Shown here piece after piece: positions 26,900 to 40,512 of a stretch of 64,000 nucleotides of DNA. A program made the position numbers and the translations under genes. Where the stretch lies: the NCBI GenBank assembly GCA_002633005.1, contig NMRA01000714.1:56708-120707 (forward strand), in the 5' to 3' direction. Every line of letters begins with the position of its first letter. Position 1 is the first letter of the stretch. The stretch is from Phoronis australis. Its lineage: Eukaryota > Animalia > Phoronida. The notes under the pieces are model-generated. The model had not been told where the DNA came from. It saw nothing but the letters and a program-made list of their open reading frames with translations, and did not search any database.

Positions 26900-27760
26900 C
26901 ATCGGCATAACGGTGTATGCACAGGGGTGGTAGACCGATTAACATTTCTGGAGCTGGAGTAGGCATCCCTGGAAATCGGAGGGGAGACACAAACATGGTA
27001 GACGTTGTAGCTGATTAAGTTAGTTCAACGTCGTTACCCGGGAGATATTCCTCAACATTTACCATTAATCGCGAGACATCTCACCAGCGCAGTTTTGGCT
27101 TTTGAGATCGTTGTCTGTAATATTTGGTGTCGAGGAAAGGAGATGGTGTAGAATGGCACATGAATAACTCGCCTTAATTATCTACAAATGAACTGAGATG
27201 AGTACTATTCAGCATTAAATATCGAGTTTACCAGTTTAGCTTCCAGGTGGGCATAACTACTTTTAATTTGCTGCCACTAATTTTTATGTCAACTGATCTC
27301 TGGGCAGAGTAACTACATGTGTCACTATAAATAGTGGACGGATTGAAAACAATATCGTCTGCATGGGTTTGAATATATGAGTGGGACTCAGTTGAGCCGC
27401 AGGATAGACGTAGATGTAGCACCACTCTGAGGTGTGTCGGGAGTTACTAACCGACTCGTCTACACCATTCAGTCACGGATTGGCTTCTGAGCACGTTGGT
27501 GATTCACCTGGCAAGACAACCATCCAGTTTGATGAGGTTTAGTCACTCGGATCTCCATCGCGCTTGATATTGTTAAAAGAACCTACAGAGTCAATGCAAG
27601 TACAGAGGGTCAGACCTTTAAGAAGGGCGTCAAGGCTATAAGTCTAAATAATTTAGCCAACAAGTACGAGGTCTTCCGTGGCTTATGAATGAAGACGCCC
27701 TGGTGTTTATCAATGTATTTTGACATGCAACTTAGTCGAACACTCGCTTTGTGAGTCAGT
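26900..27760 (-). mobile_element. Second, more degenerate LINE fragment related to 6170-9000
   Basis: VFIHKPRKTSYLLAK..LTPFLK and YIQTHADDIV; DNA similarity to ~7620-8580. Confidence 0.75.
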
Positions 27761-28489
27761 GTAAGTACAGGGATGATGATATTTCGGACTCTTTCACGAT
27801 TATAGGGTAGACTCTGCCCAGTTATGGGGATTTCCACGAACTACAAGAGGTCAACTCAAAACAGTGTGGTTTGGCTATTCCAACGGTTCACACTCCGTTG
27901 ATTCCTATTTTTCAAAAAGATGACTAGACAGTGTTGCATGACTGCAAGTCTAGAGGAGTGGTCCATCTGTAGCACTTACATCAGCCTTGCTGATGCAGAG
28001 TCAGATCCGTAGCCTGGGGGGGGGGTTCGGTAGGTTCAACCCTCCGCGGAAAAGGTGCAAACCTAGCCTTTCCGTTATAGATAGGATATAGATGGCCAAC
28101 AACAACAAAATTGTTGCAGCTACTGATAGTAATAGCTACATGTACAATGATTACTAAGTTATATAGTTACATATAATTTTGAATTTGCTTTTAACTTAAA
28201 CATGACAGGATCGTGGAGACATCTATGGGAGGATTTATGTTATTCATTGGCAATGTATAGTGGTTGACATTTCATTAATATTCCTAATCATACATGTATT
28301 ATTTTAAAATTGCAAGTACGTACTCATTTTTCCGTATTGAGGCATGAGGGCGATTTCGCATGAGCATGAACTCCAAACAATTGTTTTAATATGCCGGCGT
28401 TGTTTCCGTTATAGGTACATCTAATAACCCAAGTGTCATTTATTTTTGCAGGTAAAAGCTTAAAAATTACACCTGGGTGCAAACATTAA

Positions 28490-28830
28490 GATATTTTCGA
28501 AGTAGTCAACCTTCGGAACAGCGAACCTTTGGAGTAGCGAACATTAGGAATAGGGACTGTTATCATTTCCCGCGAGGTAAGCAGCTTCTAAGGAACACGC
28601 AAAAAATGCAACAAGATAAAAATTTTGTCGAGTCATTCTCCGACTAAGTATTTCCGTCCGAGTCTGTAATGAGGTGCAATCACTCATTTAAGTGCGCCTG
28701 ATTTGAAAGTTTGGCATGAGGTAACTTGAGCATGTTCTCTTTCTGGATCACATTATATGCGAATTTGAGTCCAGTTCTTTGCGAGCAACCGTCAAAACAT
28801 CCTCATTTATGGTAAAAAAACTACCATTCC
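28490..28830 (-). repeat. Dispersed repeat: conserved flank plus ~3 units of the 16-bp satellite
   Basis: 28636-28814 is the reverse complement of ~41460-41642; adjacent AACCTTCGGAACAGCG-type units. Confidence 0.7.
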
Positions 28831-28973
28831 TTAACATTTTAAAAAATGAGAGATCACTGGCCAGTTGATTAGACCCTGGTTAATGTCGCGGCTCATGAAT
28901 GGACTACAACGTAAAGGGTTTTCAGAACAGCACACTTGGTCTATTGTTCAAATGAATCGTCTGTTCCGATAAC

Positions 28974-29117
28974 CATGGGCGGCGCACCATAGGAGGCTAT
29001 GGCCCCCACTTTTTTCAGTACTGCGCCGCCCATGGTCTATAGGCGGCGCACCACAAGGGAGCTAGAGGGGCTTTAGCTCCCTCCCCCCCCCCTTTTTTCA
29101 GTGCTGCGCCGCCTGTG
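28974..29117. mobile_element. Two adjacent ultra-short hAT-like MITEs
   Basis: CATGGGCGGCGCA...TGCGCCGCCCATG then TAGGCGGCGCA...TGCGCCGCCTGTG; pair flanked by ATAAC; related copy at ~37877-37953. Confidence 0.7.
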
Positions 29118-30444
29118 ATAACGAGCATCTCACCTCCGCGGAGAATTCTATAATCAATTTCGACAATTTTACTAAATTGAATACCAACGGTATTGACAAA
29201 ATCAGTTTACAATACTAATTTATAACCAGTAACAAACTGCGCTTTCGTGCTCTGTTTCAAGGAAACAATAAATGTCAAAACCGAGCATTCCCAAGTCATT
29301 TTATGATTACAACACGTTCGTACATGCACATTTTATAATTTATGCAAACATGTGCTTCTCACATGCTCTAGGTCAGAGAATGCTAATAATGGGGCTATTG
29401 GACGAATTCTCCTCGCGGTGTCGCTGCTGTACTAGTGGTGACTGAATTGTGCATGCGTCGCTGTGTGCATGTAAACAGCTAGTAAAAAGACGGAATTGTT
29501 ATCAAAGTACGTCGTCGCGCTACTACGCCTTTTTATAGCTATTTTCCCGGGTTCAAATCTCAAAAGACCTAAGGTTACTACAGGCGTGAAGAATTGCGAT
29601 CAAAAAGTCATCCAAGTGACAAAAAGTGTGTGGATGCCGAAGCTTCACGCTCCGTGGGTGCTCTATGCGTTATCTCCCCCAGTTACACCACTGAATAACG
29701 GGTTTATTCAGTGAAACTAAGCGTTTCTTTTGAGAAACTCACCCTGGACCGAGATGGTAGGCTAGCAACACATACTGTATTGTCCTGGGTGGGAGTGCTC
29801 TCAATATAAGACTCAAGAGGTGTATGGGACGTACCGCTCAGAAGTCAAAGGTGACTTTTTCACAGAAGTTACTTCTCAAAACTATGCTATGTCCAATAAA
29901 ATTATCTCAATGAATGAGTTTCCTTATTTTATAGCGGACCTCACTCCCAGGACTGCCAGATTAGTTACCGAATTAACATCAATGGGCTATTCAGTAAATT
30001 CGTAACATTACATTGGAATAAATATTGACACCTAGAATGAATTTTGTTTGTTGAGATCAAAAACACATTTTAGGTGTCATGAAATGACTCATAAATCACT
30101 TTTAGACTGTTTCACATATTTTAATTCAGATCTTCAGTAAGGCTTGGGTACATGAAGATGAAATGTCAAGTTTGTTCTGCCTCATAAAAATAGTTTTGTT
30201 TTCTTTTATAATTTACTAAAAATACGTCTCTGTTCTGTTACAGGTGAGAGAAAAAGACTGAAACCACGGCCTTACCGTCTATTTTACCTTTCGACAAAGT
30301 GAAAAGCAGTCCTTCATCAATAATCTGAGAGAATTGAACCTCTCAATTCAGAAAGTCAGCCCTTCATATCCCTGTTTTTGGACTCTATTGTATTGGGAAA
30401 ATTACCATTGTTTTCAACAATGTTGTTCCTTTGTATGTATGTAT

Positions 30445-33141
30445 CACAGGCGCTTGGGTTTATCGCAAATGACGTCACTCAATAATATATATATAAGAAA
30501 ACATAAAGGTTGGACACTCGAAATCTGTTTGCTCAGAATTTTCTACTCAAATATGGAACTCCACGAAACTAGCATCGGACAACTCTTAGAATACCTTCTT
30601 TCATTCGATCTCTTCAAATTGCCGTCGAGTGGTGATTTGGCGACAAAAATGACAAAAGAATGCCAAAATCACAAATTCAAGAACGTGATTCCGTGATGTC
30701 ATGGCAGACGATCTTCGCACATCCGGGTTTTTGAAGGACGCTCGCGAGCTAAATTCGAAAGTCTAATTTCGCGCGGCTTTCATCATCAATCCCTCGACTA
30801 CTTGATCATGAGAAGCAGAGAGCACTTTATTTCCAAATAAATGTAATTACTCACATCTGTGACTCACCACCACAAAATGAGTCTTAAGTCGGGATTTGTC
30901 ATTTTTTTAATTGTTATTTTTTCTGAAAATACAGTGTTTTCTGATCATTTTGAGGTATGACACATTTCCTTATCTTCACAAATAACCGAGTTATTGCCAA
31001 TTCTAGTCGGGGAAAGCGAAAATTTAGAGCTTTCAAAAGTCAAGGAAAATGGCCGACAAAAAGTGCCGATAGTGTCTTTAAAATTTCCATAGCAACCTGC
31101 AGTTGAATGCTACATTTCAGACTTATTAATATACACAACAACATAAACAGATAAAATTAATCAAAATTAGAAAGAATATAGACCTTATTATGTATTCTCA
31201 GCCAAAAAGGAGTGATATTCATGTTGGGTTGCTGCAACTGGGTCAATAAATTTCCCAGCTAAAGTATACAGGGTCAGTCCACTTGTGGCAGGACGGGTTA
31301 CCGCACGAGTAAAACAAGTAGTTAAGTGCATTTTGTAGAAGTTTAATAAAATGAAGTCCTTTTAGATTACAAAATACACGTTTCTGGCTGATTTTTGTGC
31401 AAAATAATTCAAAATTTTACGCTAGTGTGAATAATTTTGTAAAAAATGACAATCACTCATCCCTATCCAAGTCCACTGACACTGACTGAAGAGCAACGAT
31501 TTCTTCGACTTCTCACCGAGTGATTCAGCCCTATCGAAGATTGTTCTCTCTTGCAGTAATATTCAGCTGCTTACACCCCGATCCACTGGCTTTGCAGATA
31601 CAAGACATTGTTGTGCGATTAAGCTAATCCGGACTGTTTTCTTCAAGTTCTGTTTGTTCCAATCCAACGACTTGGAATCCAACGTAACCGTATTCGCGAT
31701 GGGTCGATCATGAAACTCATCTGGCGACGGGTTGCTGTCGTCAGACGACTCGTCGCTGTCCCGAAATTCCTCCTTGTCTCCATCAACAAATGTGCTCTGA
31801 TGAGTTCAGTTAATTCTCGCTGATCTTGATACGGCAGTCAGAGGCAAGAGTTAATCACTGAGGTATCAGCTACACGGCGACCAGCCATCTTACGGTCTTG
31901 AAAACATGCCGTGACCTCGCGACCCCACAGTTTCACACCCACTTAACTAGTTCTAGCGAATGAGGTCAGCGATGCATTGGGTTAAAAGGTCGTTGCTAGC
32001 TAAAAGACTGGTGAGTGACACTTCTGTTGAAAATACCCCGAATGCAAAAAGTGAAATAACGACTGATGATTGGACGAAAAACTCAAAGAATTTACTACAT
32101 GCATAATGAGCAGAGTTTGACCTTTCTGTTGATGTGTTTACGAGCGAATTGGGTCATCGGAAGACTGAGCAATGAGGACACGAAAACCGGCAAATTTCGA
32201 TGAAAATTTCACGAGATATGCAGTCGTGGAGAAGGTGATGTTTTTCAAAATGAAATAAATAAGATTTAAAATGAAGTTTGCTTGTTTTAAAGTATTGTTT
32301 TGTGAAGTAGAATGAATAACTAATCATAATCTGCAATAAAAAAATTTGACCTAATTTTAACCGATAGCGACTGTTTTGCAGTCTGGTGAGGAAATAGAGT
32401 TTCCGACTTAAGACTCATTTCGCGGTGGTGGGTCACATATTTGTGTTAAATATAAATAATCCTGATACTGTATTGATATGCGAAGTTTTTGTGAACTGTG
32501 ATTTCTCATGAAGGTTTTACTTTTGGCCAAAACCATTGAGTTAACTCGTCGGCCACGCGCATTGTAATACTTGCACGGACTGCGTTTCCTGGCCGAGTGT
32601 GTGTTGTGCTTCAATCAAAAAAGTGCGTGATGTCAAGATGAGAAACAAAATACGCCAGTTTATGTAATAAAATTCTAAGTTAAGGGCTAAAATGAGCCGT
32701 CAGTGGAATAAAGTTACAAATAATCATAAAATACTAACTTCAACATTCTCAATTAGTTGAGTTTTGGATTAGAATTTTTGAAATTGAAATATGGGTTGCT
32801 TGCTCAAACTCGAAGTTTCACCTACGACAGGCGTACAAGTTGAAGCACAACTGAAATCCGCCATGTTTACTATTTCAGGTCCTTGAATTCTGAGTTTTGA
32901 GATTGTTTTAGAAATTCCATCGCCAATTCACCACTCACGAAGACAGTTAATGGGATCTAGGAAAGATAAGGCTTCGAAGGTTTATGCAACACCAGACTGA
33001 GGGAGGTGCACGCAGATTTTATTTGGATTTTGGACTGTTGAAGTTGGGAGCCTCGGCTTGGCAAAGTTTAAGTGTCCAACCTTTATGTTTTCTTATATAT
33101 ATTATTGAGTAACGTCATTTGCGATAAACCAAGCGCCTGTG
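30445..33141. mobile_element. CAC...GTG-terminated element (Chapaev/CMC-like) nested in the ISL2EU-like copy
   Basis: ~70-bp TIRs CACAGGCGCTTGG(G)TTTATCGCAAATGACG...; inserted in (GTAT)n so TSD is 4 or 8 bp; empty site at ~55365 in the other copy. Confidence 0.75.
30859..32436 (-). mobile_element. Sola1-like (or Ginger-like) element nested in the Chapaev-like element
   Basis: ~35-bp TIR GTGACTCACCACCACAAAATGAGTCTTAAGTCGG; flanks ATCT/ATAT; acidic and Cys-rich coding remnant at ~31460-31890 (minus). Confidence 0.65.
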
Positions 33142-36100
33142 GTATGTATGTGGTTGTTCAGTTTGCCATTTTGTACACAGGTTATTTTTTATTCTCGAGT
33201 CATGTGTATAGCAGATTCGTATCCAGCTAGCTACAATTGAAAACATACTTTCTTTGCATGTGGAATTTTTATTATAGATAAGTTAACACAAAACTTAAAG
33301 CTGCTCAAAGGCCTTTTTAAAAAAGATCTTAAAATAGTGACACATACAAACCAATCAAATGCAAACAAAGGGAATACTTCGTTGTAATCGCTGAACATTT
33401 CAACATTAGGTCAACAGGAAAACGACAATTCGCAAGCGTAATCGGTAATCAATTCAGCTTAATAAAGAAGCAGTACAACTGCGCTTTGGGGCTTTAAAGC
33501 TAAAGAAAAATTGTGGTTTGAATAATTAGTGATAAACTTTCCTGTGAATGAAAAATTTAATCGATCATCAAAGTGTAACATTAATGGATTTTCCACTGAA
33601 AATTAGACGATTGATGCAGTCATTGAATATCATATCCGCATAATGTGTACCGAATTGAAAAGTTTTTACCATCAGTATAAAGCCTGTCTTCTGAAAGGAA
33701 AAGGTAATGTCACTCAGTGAGAATGGACAGGTGCACCTGTATACCAGATGCTTTTGGTTTTCATTTCACTGGCATTCGTTAATGAGTGTTAATAGGTCTT
33801 CTTTAGCTTCAGTCCCTCATGTTTCTTCCAGGAAAGGGAACAAGTCATTGTTGTTCACACCTGACTCATTGCGTATCACAGTGAAAAGGCATCCTCACCA
33901 ACGAGGCTGGTTGGTGTGGCAGACAGATATAGTGCCTTTCCACACACAAACAATCCACTGGCACATTTTCTTATGGTAACTTAATACTGTGATTCACATT
34001 TCTCCAGGCCACTGGCTTGTGCCATGCAGCACTGCTGGTGTGTGGACATGTTGTGGGAAGAGAAAGGAGTAACAAAGCTTGTCTATGTTGCGGCTTGAAG
34101 TGGCCTTAAAATGTCACTAAACCTGGAACAAAATTGAAACATGAACAATTAAGTACTTCAGATTGAGTAAAAAAATGTTGCCCCTCATTTTCAAAAATAT
34201 GACATGGAAGCTTCTCTATAATTTCACACAAAATTAAATTATTGCTATTTCCAGAAAGCAAGGGTGTATATAATAAGTTTTGTATAAAACTGCGTGTTTG
34301 TTTTTCATTCCTAGCCATAGCAATTCTTTAAACGCATTACTTGTCTGCAAAATATGCAAGTTATTTGAGACAACTTTAAACCTTTGTCACCAATTTTCAA
34401 GCCTTTTGATTTTTGACAATTTCAGCAAAAGAACACCAATTAAAGATTCATGGGTCTGTCAAGCACACTTAAGGTCTAAGGCTGAGGAAACCGTTCCTCA
34501 GATTTTTTATTTTTCTTCTAATAGAAGATATGAAGACTTGGGCCATTTAAAAATCATAGATAATCTTTATGTTGTTTAATAGTAATTAAAAATCCTGATG
34601 CACCATTGATAAAATGTTCAAACATGACTTCACTCGTACATTCACAGCAAAAAAATGCAGTTTTCACAAAAGTGGCAGTCCTGTGAATTTATAAACGACT
34701 TGCAACATTTCAAGACATGAGTTCAGTCATTGAGAATTCAGAAAATTTAATTCTTATGGGTTTACAATGGATGGTAAAACAGCTTCATCAAACGTGAAAG
34801 AACTTCGTGAAGGTTAAGAATTACCTCACCATGCTCTTTCCCCCAGACACTATTACCTGTTATTTCCACACATTCAGTAGCACCAAAATCTACAACCCCA
34901 ACCCCCTATGCCAACCTTCCGCTTAGGGCCTAAATACGTAAATTAACAAAAGAACTTACTTTCTTAAAAAATAGCTTCCCTTTTCAAAGGCTTTGTTCGT
35001 TGTCTCCGATATAGAAAGTAGGTTTTGACAACAGATCTGCACTGGATGGGAAGATCTTGCTGGTTAGCAGCAGTCAACTGCTTAAAACTAATGTTTGTCC
35101 ATTCAGGAAAGGTTGCAGAAGCGATGCATATCTCCTCTGCATGGTACCAGCCCTTTAGCCTAAAAACCAAAAGTCAGGTGAAAACATACATGATAAATTC
35201 CCATGTCAACGTGTAATAGACTTCCGAACGACATAGGATAGGGAGTAAACAATTAGTCTAATGGATATTTGTCACGAGCCCTTTGAGCTTGGATTGTAAT
35301 CTTACCGCACTAATAACCAATATCAAGTTTACAACATAAACATTCAGCATTGATTGATGTAATTGTCCTTGATAAGCCTGTTAGAAATCATTCCAAACAT
35401 TAATAATACTGCTTTGACGTGCGAAAAGATCCCGAGTGCTACGTCAAGTATCGTAACGTGGAATAATCGTTAAAATAATCACAAACCTTACCTTTCTATA
35501 AGGTCATGCTCACTTCCTCTTGTAGAAGCACCCGTTTCACGCAATCTCAGATTCAGTTGGCACGGCTGCAAGCCATTTCACCATGTATTGAAGGGCTCAC
35601 GACATCGAGGCTGCTTAATCTATCACCACTAGTACACGCGCGCCCTCTAGTAACGTAAAGATTGTCGAATTGCCCCATTATACATTTGGAAGTATGTGTA
35701 GCACATGTTGGTTAAGTCCACGTATCTGGTGTCTCACAGTAACACAAGAGAGTCACACCTTGTGCAGGTTCAGTATAGATGTACGTTAACAATTTGGTAC
35801 TCAAGATGATACGCTGGGTTTTGGGAGTACGCATAGCTCTAAATTTACCACTACAACAATGATACTAAGCAACAATAACCCGTGCTTTTTATCTAAAAGA
35901 GTTTTATTCTAGGTCATCTGTAGTTATGAAATTGGTCTCAAATTGTTCCTTGGTAAAAATAGGTGTGATTTCTAAACTTAGAAAGTTCGTTATGTCTTCC
36001 GACCATACTCATAAAATTGAGCTCATGCTGTCACGAACTGTCGATTCTTTCCTAGCCCAGTGATCACGTGGTCTAATCAAGACCGATTTTATTCGAATGT

Positions 36101-36815
36101 TTAGTGTTGACGTGTCATGGCAGTAAGGGACGCAATTTGGACCCCAAAACAAGGATAGACATGCCGTCACACTGGGTACAAAACGTCATAATGACGTCAT
36201 GCAAAACATTCCTATAACGGTACGTAGCCCACGTCAAACATTTTCGGCAGACACAGGTTTAACGCTTGCACTTATTATGAAGTTAAATAAGCCTACGTGT
36301 ATCCAACGTATAAGCCACAAACGTTCCAAGATTCAACACGCTGTAATTTCAACAGTTTCATTTTGCATGAAAAGAAATAATTTACTATCATAATTTGTTA
36401 TAGTAATAATAAGTATAACTAAAATCCAGTAGCGGATTTAGAAGGGGGCCATGCCTCCGCCCCCTAAAATTCTCCCACATGCCATATGCCAGTTCGGGAG
36501 TGCATGCGTGATTGATAAAGGAAATATCCTACAGAGGGCAGATGGTTGTGTCAACATCGTCTCATTCGACCCAACTCTTTGAATGGATGAGCTATGGATT
36601 TTAATTTTAAGTGCTTTCAATAACATATTAGCTTTACAACTGCAAAATTAGATTATTTCGGGCTTCAATATTTTTTTGCGTTTAATTCTGTTACTTATTT
36701 TTCTCCACAAACCACTTCTCAGTAAATGTCATGTCTTGTAATTAGTTGCAAACACAACTTTCTGAATAACCACTGACGACATAGTGTATACATGTACATA
36801 CTGTAACTTCATACT

Positions 36816-37030
36816 GAGGAGGCAGTGTGGCCTATTGTGATAAGTCCCTGCATTCTACACTCGAGGTCGCGGGTTCGAGTCCCACTTGGTCACACTGCCA
36901 AACCCTAGAGTCGGGTTTCTAGCCACTCAGCTCCGTTTTAACTATTGAAACGTAAAAATGGTTCCAATTGATCAGTTCCATAGGCCTGCGTGCGACCGGT
37001 ACAGCGTGTATCAGACCGCCTGCACTAACT
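36816..37030 (+). mobile_element. tRNA-derived SINE
   Basis: GTGTGGCCTATTGTG A-box-like, GGTTCGAGTCC B box; homolog at 16630-16860. Confidence 0.75.
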
Positions 37031-37488
37031 TTCTTAGTCTCATTCTGTCATAACATTACATGTGTGTGAGTGTGGCGATATAATGTATTGAATTTTACGG
37101 AGATGTTTCCTCCATCAGCTGTCTTCATGATACCTATTTTAAAGCACCAGTTTTTAATTTGGTGTAGTGACAAAACTAAAACAGGTGTAAGTAAACAAAT
37201 TTTAGAAAAATGAAGAGAAGCCACCAAATTTTATTGATACAAAGTTTTACAAACACACGCTCAAACTTGATTGAAAGTACAAACCATTAAATCTTGGTAC
37301 TTTTTGTAACACGATGCGTGTGAACTATCCTGATTATGAAGTTAAGGACATAACGAAGAGTAGTGTCTTACGTCGTAGCCGCTTCATAAGACTCTTTCCC
37401 GTTTCACGGCATTTAGGGTCTACCCCCCTCTCCTTGCCAACCCGCTCCTTCCTAATTAAATTCCGCTGACGGGCTTAGGGTGTTGTAT

Positions 37489-37599
37489 TTAAGGAGACAA
37501 GCACAATTTTCGAAGGAAAATGTTCATGTACGCCCCAGAAACGACACGCCGATGGTGTAGTTTGGTCGTACTTGTATTAGGCGGGGCCCCACGGGCGCC
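37489..37599 (-). CDS. Probable C-terminal segment of the CASD1-like SGNH protein
   Basis: In frame with the DGLH exon after a 36-nt GT..AG segment containing TAG; encodes ...SGAYMNIFLRKLCLSP*, resembling the terminal helix of CASD1/NXPE-type domains. Confidence 0.5.
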   Translation of the reverse strand, partial: GARGAPPNTSTTKLHHRRVVSGAYMNIFLRKLCLSP

Positions 37600-37635
37600 C
37601 TAATTCAGCATACGAGTTAGGCCTACTGTTTTTAC

Positions 37636-37747
37636 CTGATCTGGACAGGTCGTATTTGTCTTGAAGTGCAGACCATCTCCAAGCTGCTGAGTCCAGTGTT
37701 CGCCAATTTTACGCGACGTCTTCCACACTGCAATTTCAGTTCCGTTT
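37636..37747 (-). CDS. CASD1-like gene exon 7 (catalytic DxxH)
   Basis: NGTEIAVWKTSRKIGEHWTQQLGDGLHFKTNTTCPDQ; CAG acceptor phase 2 matches the previous donor. Confidence 0.85.
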
Positions 37748-38637
37748 CTGGCGAAAAAGAGAATTCACGTGTACATGTAAGTCGGCTTTTCTTAGAGGCA
37801 AGACACTCGACCAACTACCGGAGGGGGTGAAAATGGTGTCGGTCGGGGTTATTATCATCTGATCTGTCCTTATTATATGGGCCGCGCACCATAGGGGGCT
37901 CGGGGGGGGGGGGGGCTATAGCTCCCACATTTTTCAGTGCTGTGCCGCCCATGACCTTATGAGTGGTGCATCACTGGGGGGGCTGTATTAAAGAAAAACG
38001 AACCGAATTTGATATTGTCAGGTCTACTACAATTAACCCGACTCCTTCGTATTATATCTTGGGCAGGTGTCGTTTAATATGATTAACCCTTAAGCAGTAC
38101 AAGAACGCTGTCGTGTTGTTCGAAAATGATTACATCTGCTGTCAAAGTGTCAGAAGTATAGATTTTATTAAAATCCTTCTGTAAATGTGTGCAGTCGGGT
38201 AAAAAGGAAACTTTATTCAATTTCCAAAGTGAGCCCTTTTGATGGCCTTTCAATTTGAAAAGTGACTTATTCGTATGGAAGCTGGTTTTGAAAAATCTCC
38301 TTCTGAGCGTTACGATTGCAACTTCCATGGGGAGTACCCCCCACGATTACATCCCAGGAACGCACGTCAGCGTGGTTGTTGTTATTAGTTCATTGTCGCA
38401 GGTTCCCCCATTTTTAAATAGTGTGGTGACCAACCGGTATTGCTGTATGTAAACAATGGGCTGTTATTGTTACATCCCTTGTTCATATTTCATCAGTCGT
38501 GTTCCTCCTACTGAAGAAGTACATGTATATGTTCACAATTCTCGTCATTTAAAAATGATCACTCAGTAATGGGTCCCTATCAGTCAGTAGGCTATAGATA
38601 GATTTCTGGCACCAGTTATTCGCCAAAATGGGAAGAA

Positions 38638-38676
38638 AGAGAGAGAGAGGGAGAGGGAGAGGGAGAGAGAGAGAGA
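38638..38676. repeat. (GA)n microsatellite
   Basis: Direct reading. Confidence 0.9.
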
Positions 38677-38755
38677 CTATAATTCCGCCTTTCCTTTGAA
38701 ATTGGTCTCAAAGTGTTCTTCAGTCAAACTGCAGGTGATTTATTTCAGGCATTTG

Positions 38756-38868
38756 CAAGAACTGACACACAAGTTGGCATGTCACAGCGTGTCATTTTAT
38801 GGAGTGACCATGATCTCAACCAAGAACTGACACACAAGTTGGCATGTCACAGCGTGTCATTTTATGGA
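38756..38868. repeat. Tandem duplication, 65-bp period
   Basis: CAAGAACTGACACACAAGTTGGCATGTCACAGCGTGTCATTTTATGGA at 38756 and 38821. Confidence 0.9.
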
Positions 38869-39010
38869 CTGACCTTGACCTTAACCAATAACAAATAGCC
38901 AGTTCTTTACAAACCCAGAAATAAGTACACTGCAAAATAAAGTGGACCCAATGAAAAGTGTGGTTCTTAGACGGAACACGGATTCATAACAGCTTCAAAA
39001 GTGCTCTTAC

Positions 39011-39185
39011 AGAACTTCCAGAGCGACTTGGTTGTAGGCATCGAATTGTTGGTTTGTAAGCGGGCACCTTTTCTGGGCGTTTGTCATGCGCTCAGTTATC
39101 ACTGGGTCCTCTAACTTCCAAATCACGCGCGTTCCTTCCTGCTGGAGTCGCTTCATGAGCGGAAGTGCCTTCTCTCGTAAATTCG
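39011..39185 (-). CDS. CASD1-like gene exon 6
   Basis: NLREKALPLMKRLQQEGTRVIWKLEDPV...LTNQQFDAYNQVALEVL resembles CASD1 VYWVLQDPV...ITNEKIDAYN; TTTTACAG / GTAAG boundaries. Confidence 0.9.
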
Positions 39186-39903
39186 CTGTAAAAGCAGACA
39201 ATATGGTACGAAACACCTCGTGCTCTACAATAAACTGGTTAATGGCTTAGTCAATGTTGTAAACACTGGTGACTGTTTCACGTTGATGTCATCTGATCGC
39301 TCTTCGTGCTGCAATATTTTTGCAGTAAGTACAAGCTCCATGAAGTTTCTGTCTACCATTAGAATACGAAATAACTTGAGCCAAGATGTAGTAACGGTTC
39401 CTTCTGCTGCTGATATCTCCAATATAGGATCAGCTTCACAAACCCCTTTATGAGACAAGACCATTATACTTGATTTTTTTACAACTTATACCCAGTCAAG
39501 CACTTTCCTATACATGTCCAGTTTGTCTGCAAACCGGTTCCCTAAATAAAAGCTGTGAGCTATATTCGGAGGTACAATAAAACATTTTCTACGATCTATA
39601 TGTTTTTCCCAAAAGGAACAATGTCAGGAAGTGCCAAAGAAAAAAGCTTTAAGAGAAACAGGAGAGAAAAAGAAAAAGAACAGTGTATTATATCATAAGT
39701 AAAAACAGACACAGAATACGTTTTGTGAATACACCGATGGGATTTCATCACTAGTGGCAGTCGTTCACGCGAGTCACATCCGAAAAACGTGACTTCGCAT
39801 AGAATGTGAATCGCCACAGTAAGAACTGCCCTGATAAAAATTACACTTAATATCTAATACTAAATTTTCATAGAAGACTTAATGACGGTCGCTCTGATGA
39901 ATA

Positions 39904-40512
39904 CAGCACACATCACGTAATTTTGTCCGACCGGTCGGAAATTGGTCGACGACCAGCCGTCTAGCCGACCATCAGCCGACCAACAACGGTCTGCTGGGAG
40001 CCGTACACAGGCACTATATCTGCGCGTGCACGACAGATGTACACAGGCACTATGTCTGCGCGTGCACGACAGGTGTACACAAACAATTATGGTTGATAAA
40101 ATTTATTACAAATGATCATTTAAAATAGATTAATTTCGACTATTTCTAAGAATGGTATGACATGTTATAAGATGTTGATAAGAATTAATATTAACCAAAG
40201 GTGTAATATCAGATCTAGATTTTTTTCATCAGCCCTAGTAACTTATACGAATGTTTGTCACTAACCAAAAACGATCCGTAAATTATGATCAGACTGATAT
40301 ATGTGAACGATGATCAGTTTCGTCAGAATTCACATCAACCAAAATGGAGGTGCAAGATTTTTATACAAGCATTACTTATTATAAGGTCAGAAAATATGAT
40401 TAAAACAGTGAAGAAGATGAACAGTATACACAGTGTTGACCGGTCCGACCGTTCGACGGCCGGTCGTCGACTCCTAGCCGACCGGTCGGACAGAAATTCG
40501 TGATGTGTGCTG
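39904..40512. mobile_element. Tc1/mariner-like MITE (intronic)
   Basis: TA|CAGCACACATCACG...CGTGATGTGTGCTG|TA, ~35-bp TIR with CCGACCGGTCGG motifs. Confidence 0.8.

Larger units (their letters stand above)
29391..35676 (-). mobile_element. ISL2EU-like element with decayed SAP/YqaJ gene and nested insertions
   Basis: AT|GGGGCTATT ... AATTGCCCC|AT termini; colinear (inverted) with 52671-56628; minus-strand remnants LRLRETGASTRGSEHDLIER and KCASGLFVCGKALYLSATPTSLVGED. Confidence 0.8.

Noticed and set aside
39225-39545. Coding-looking minus-strand stretch upstream of exon 6
   Set aside because: Contains in-frame stops, has no recognisable domain, and exons 5 and 6 already join in phase
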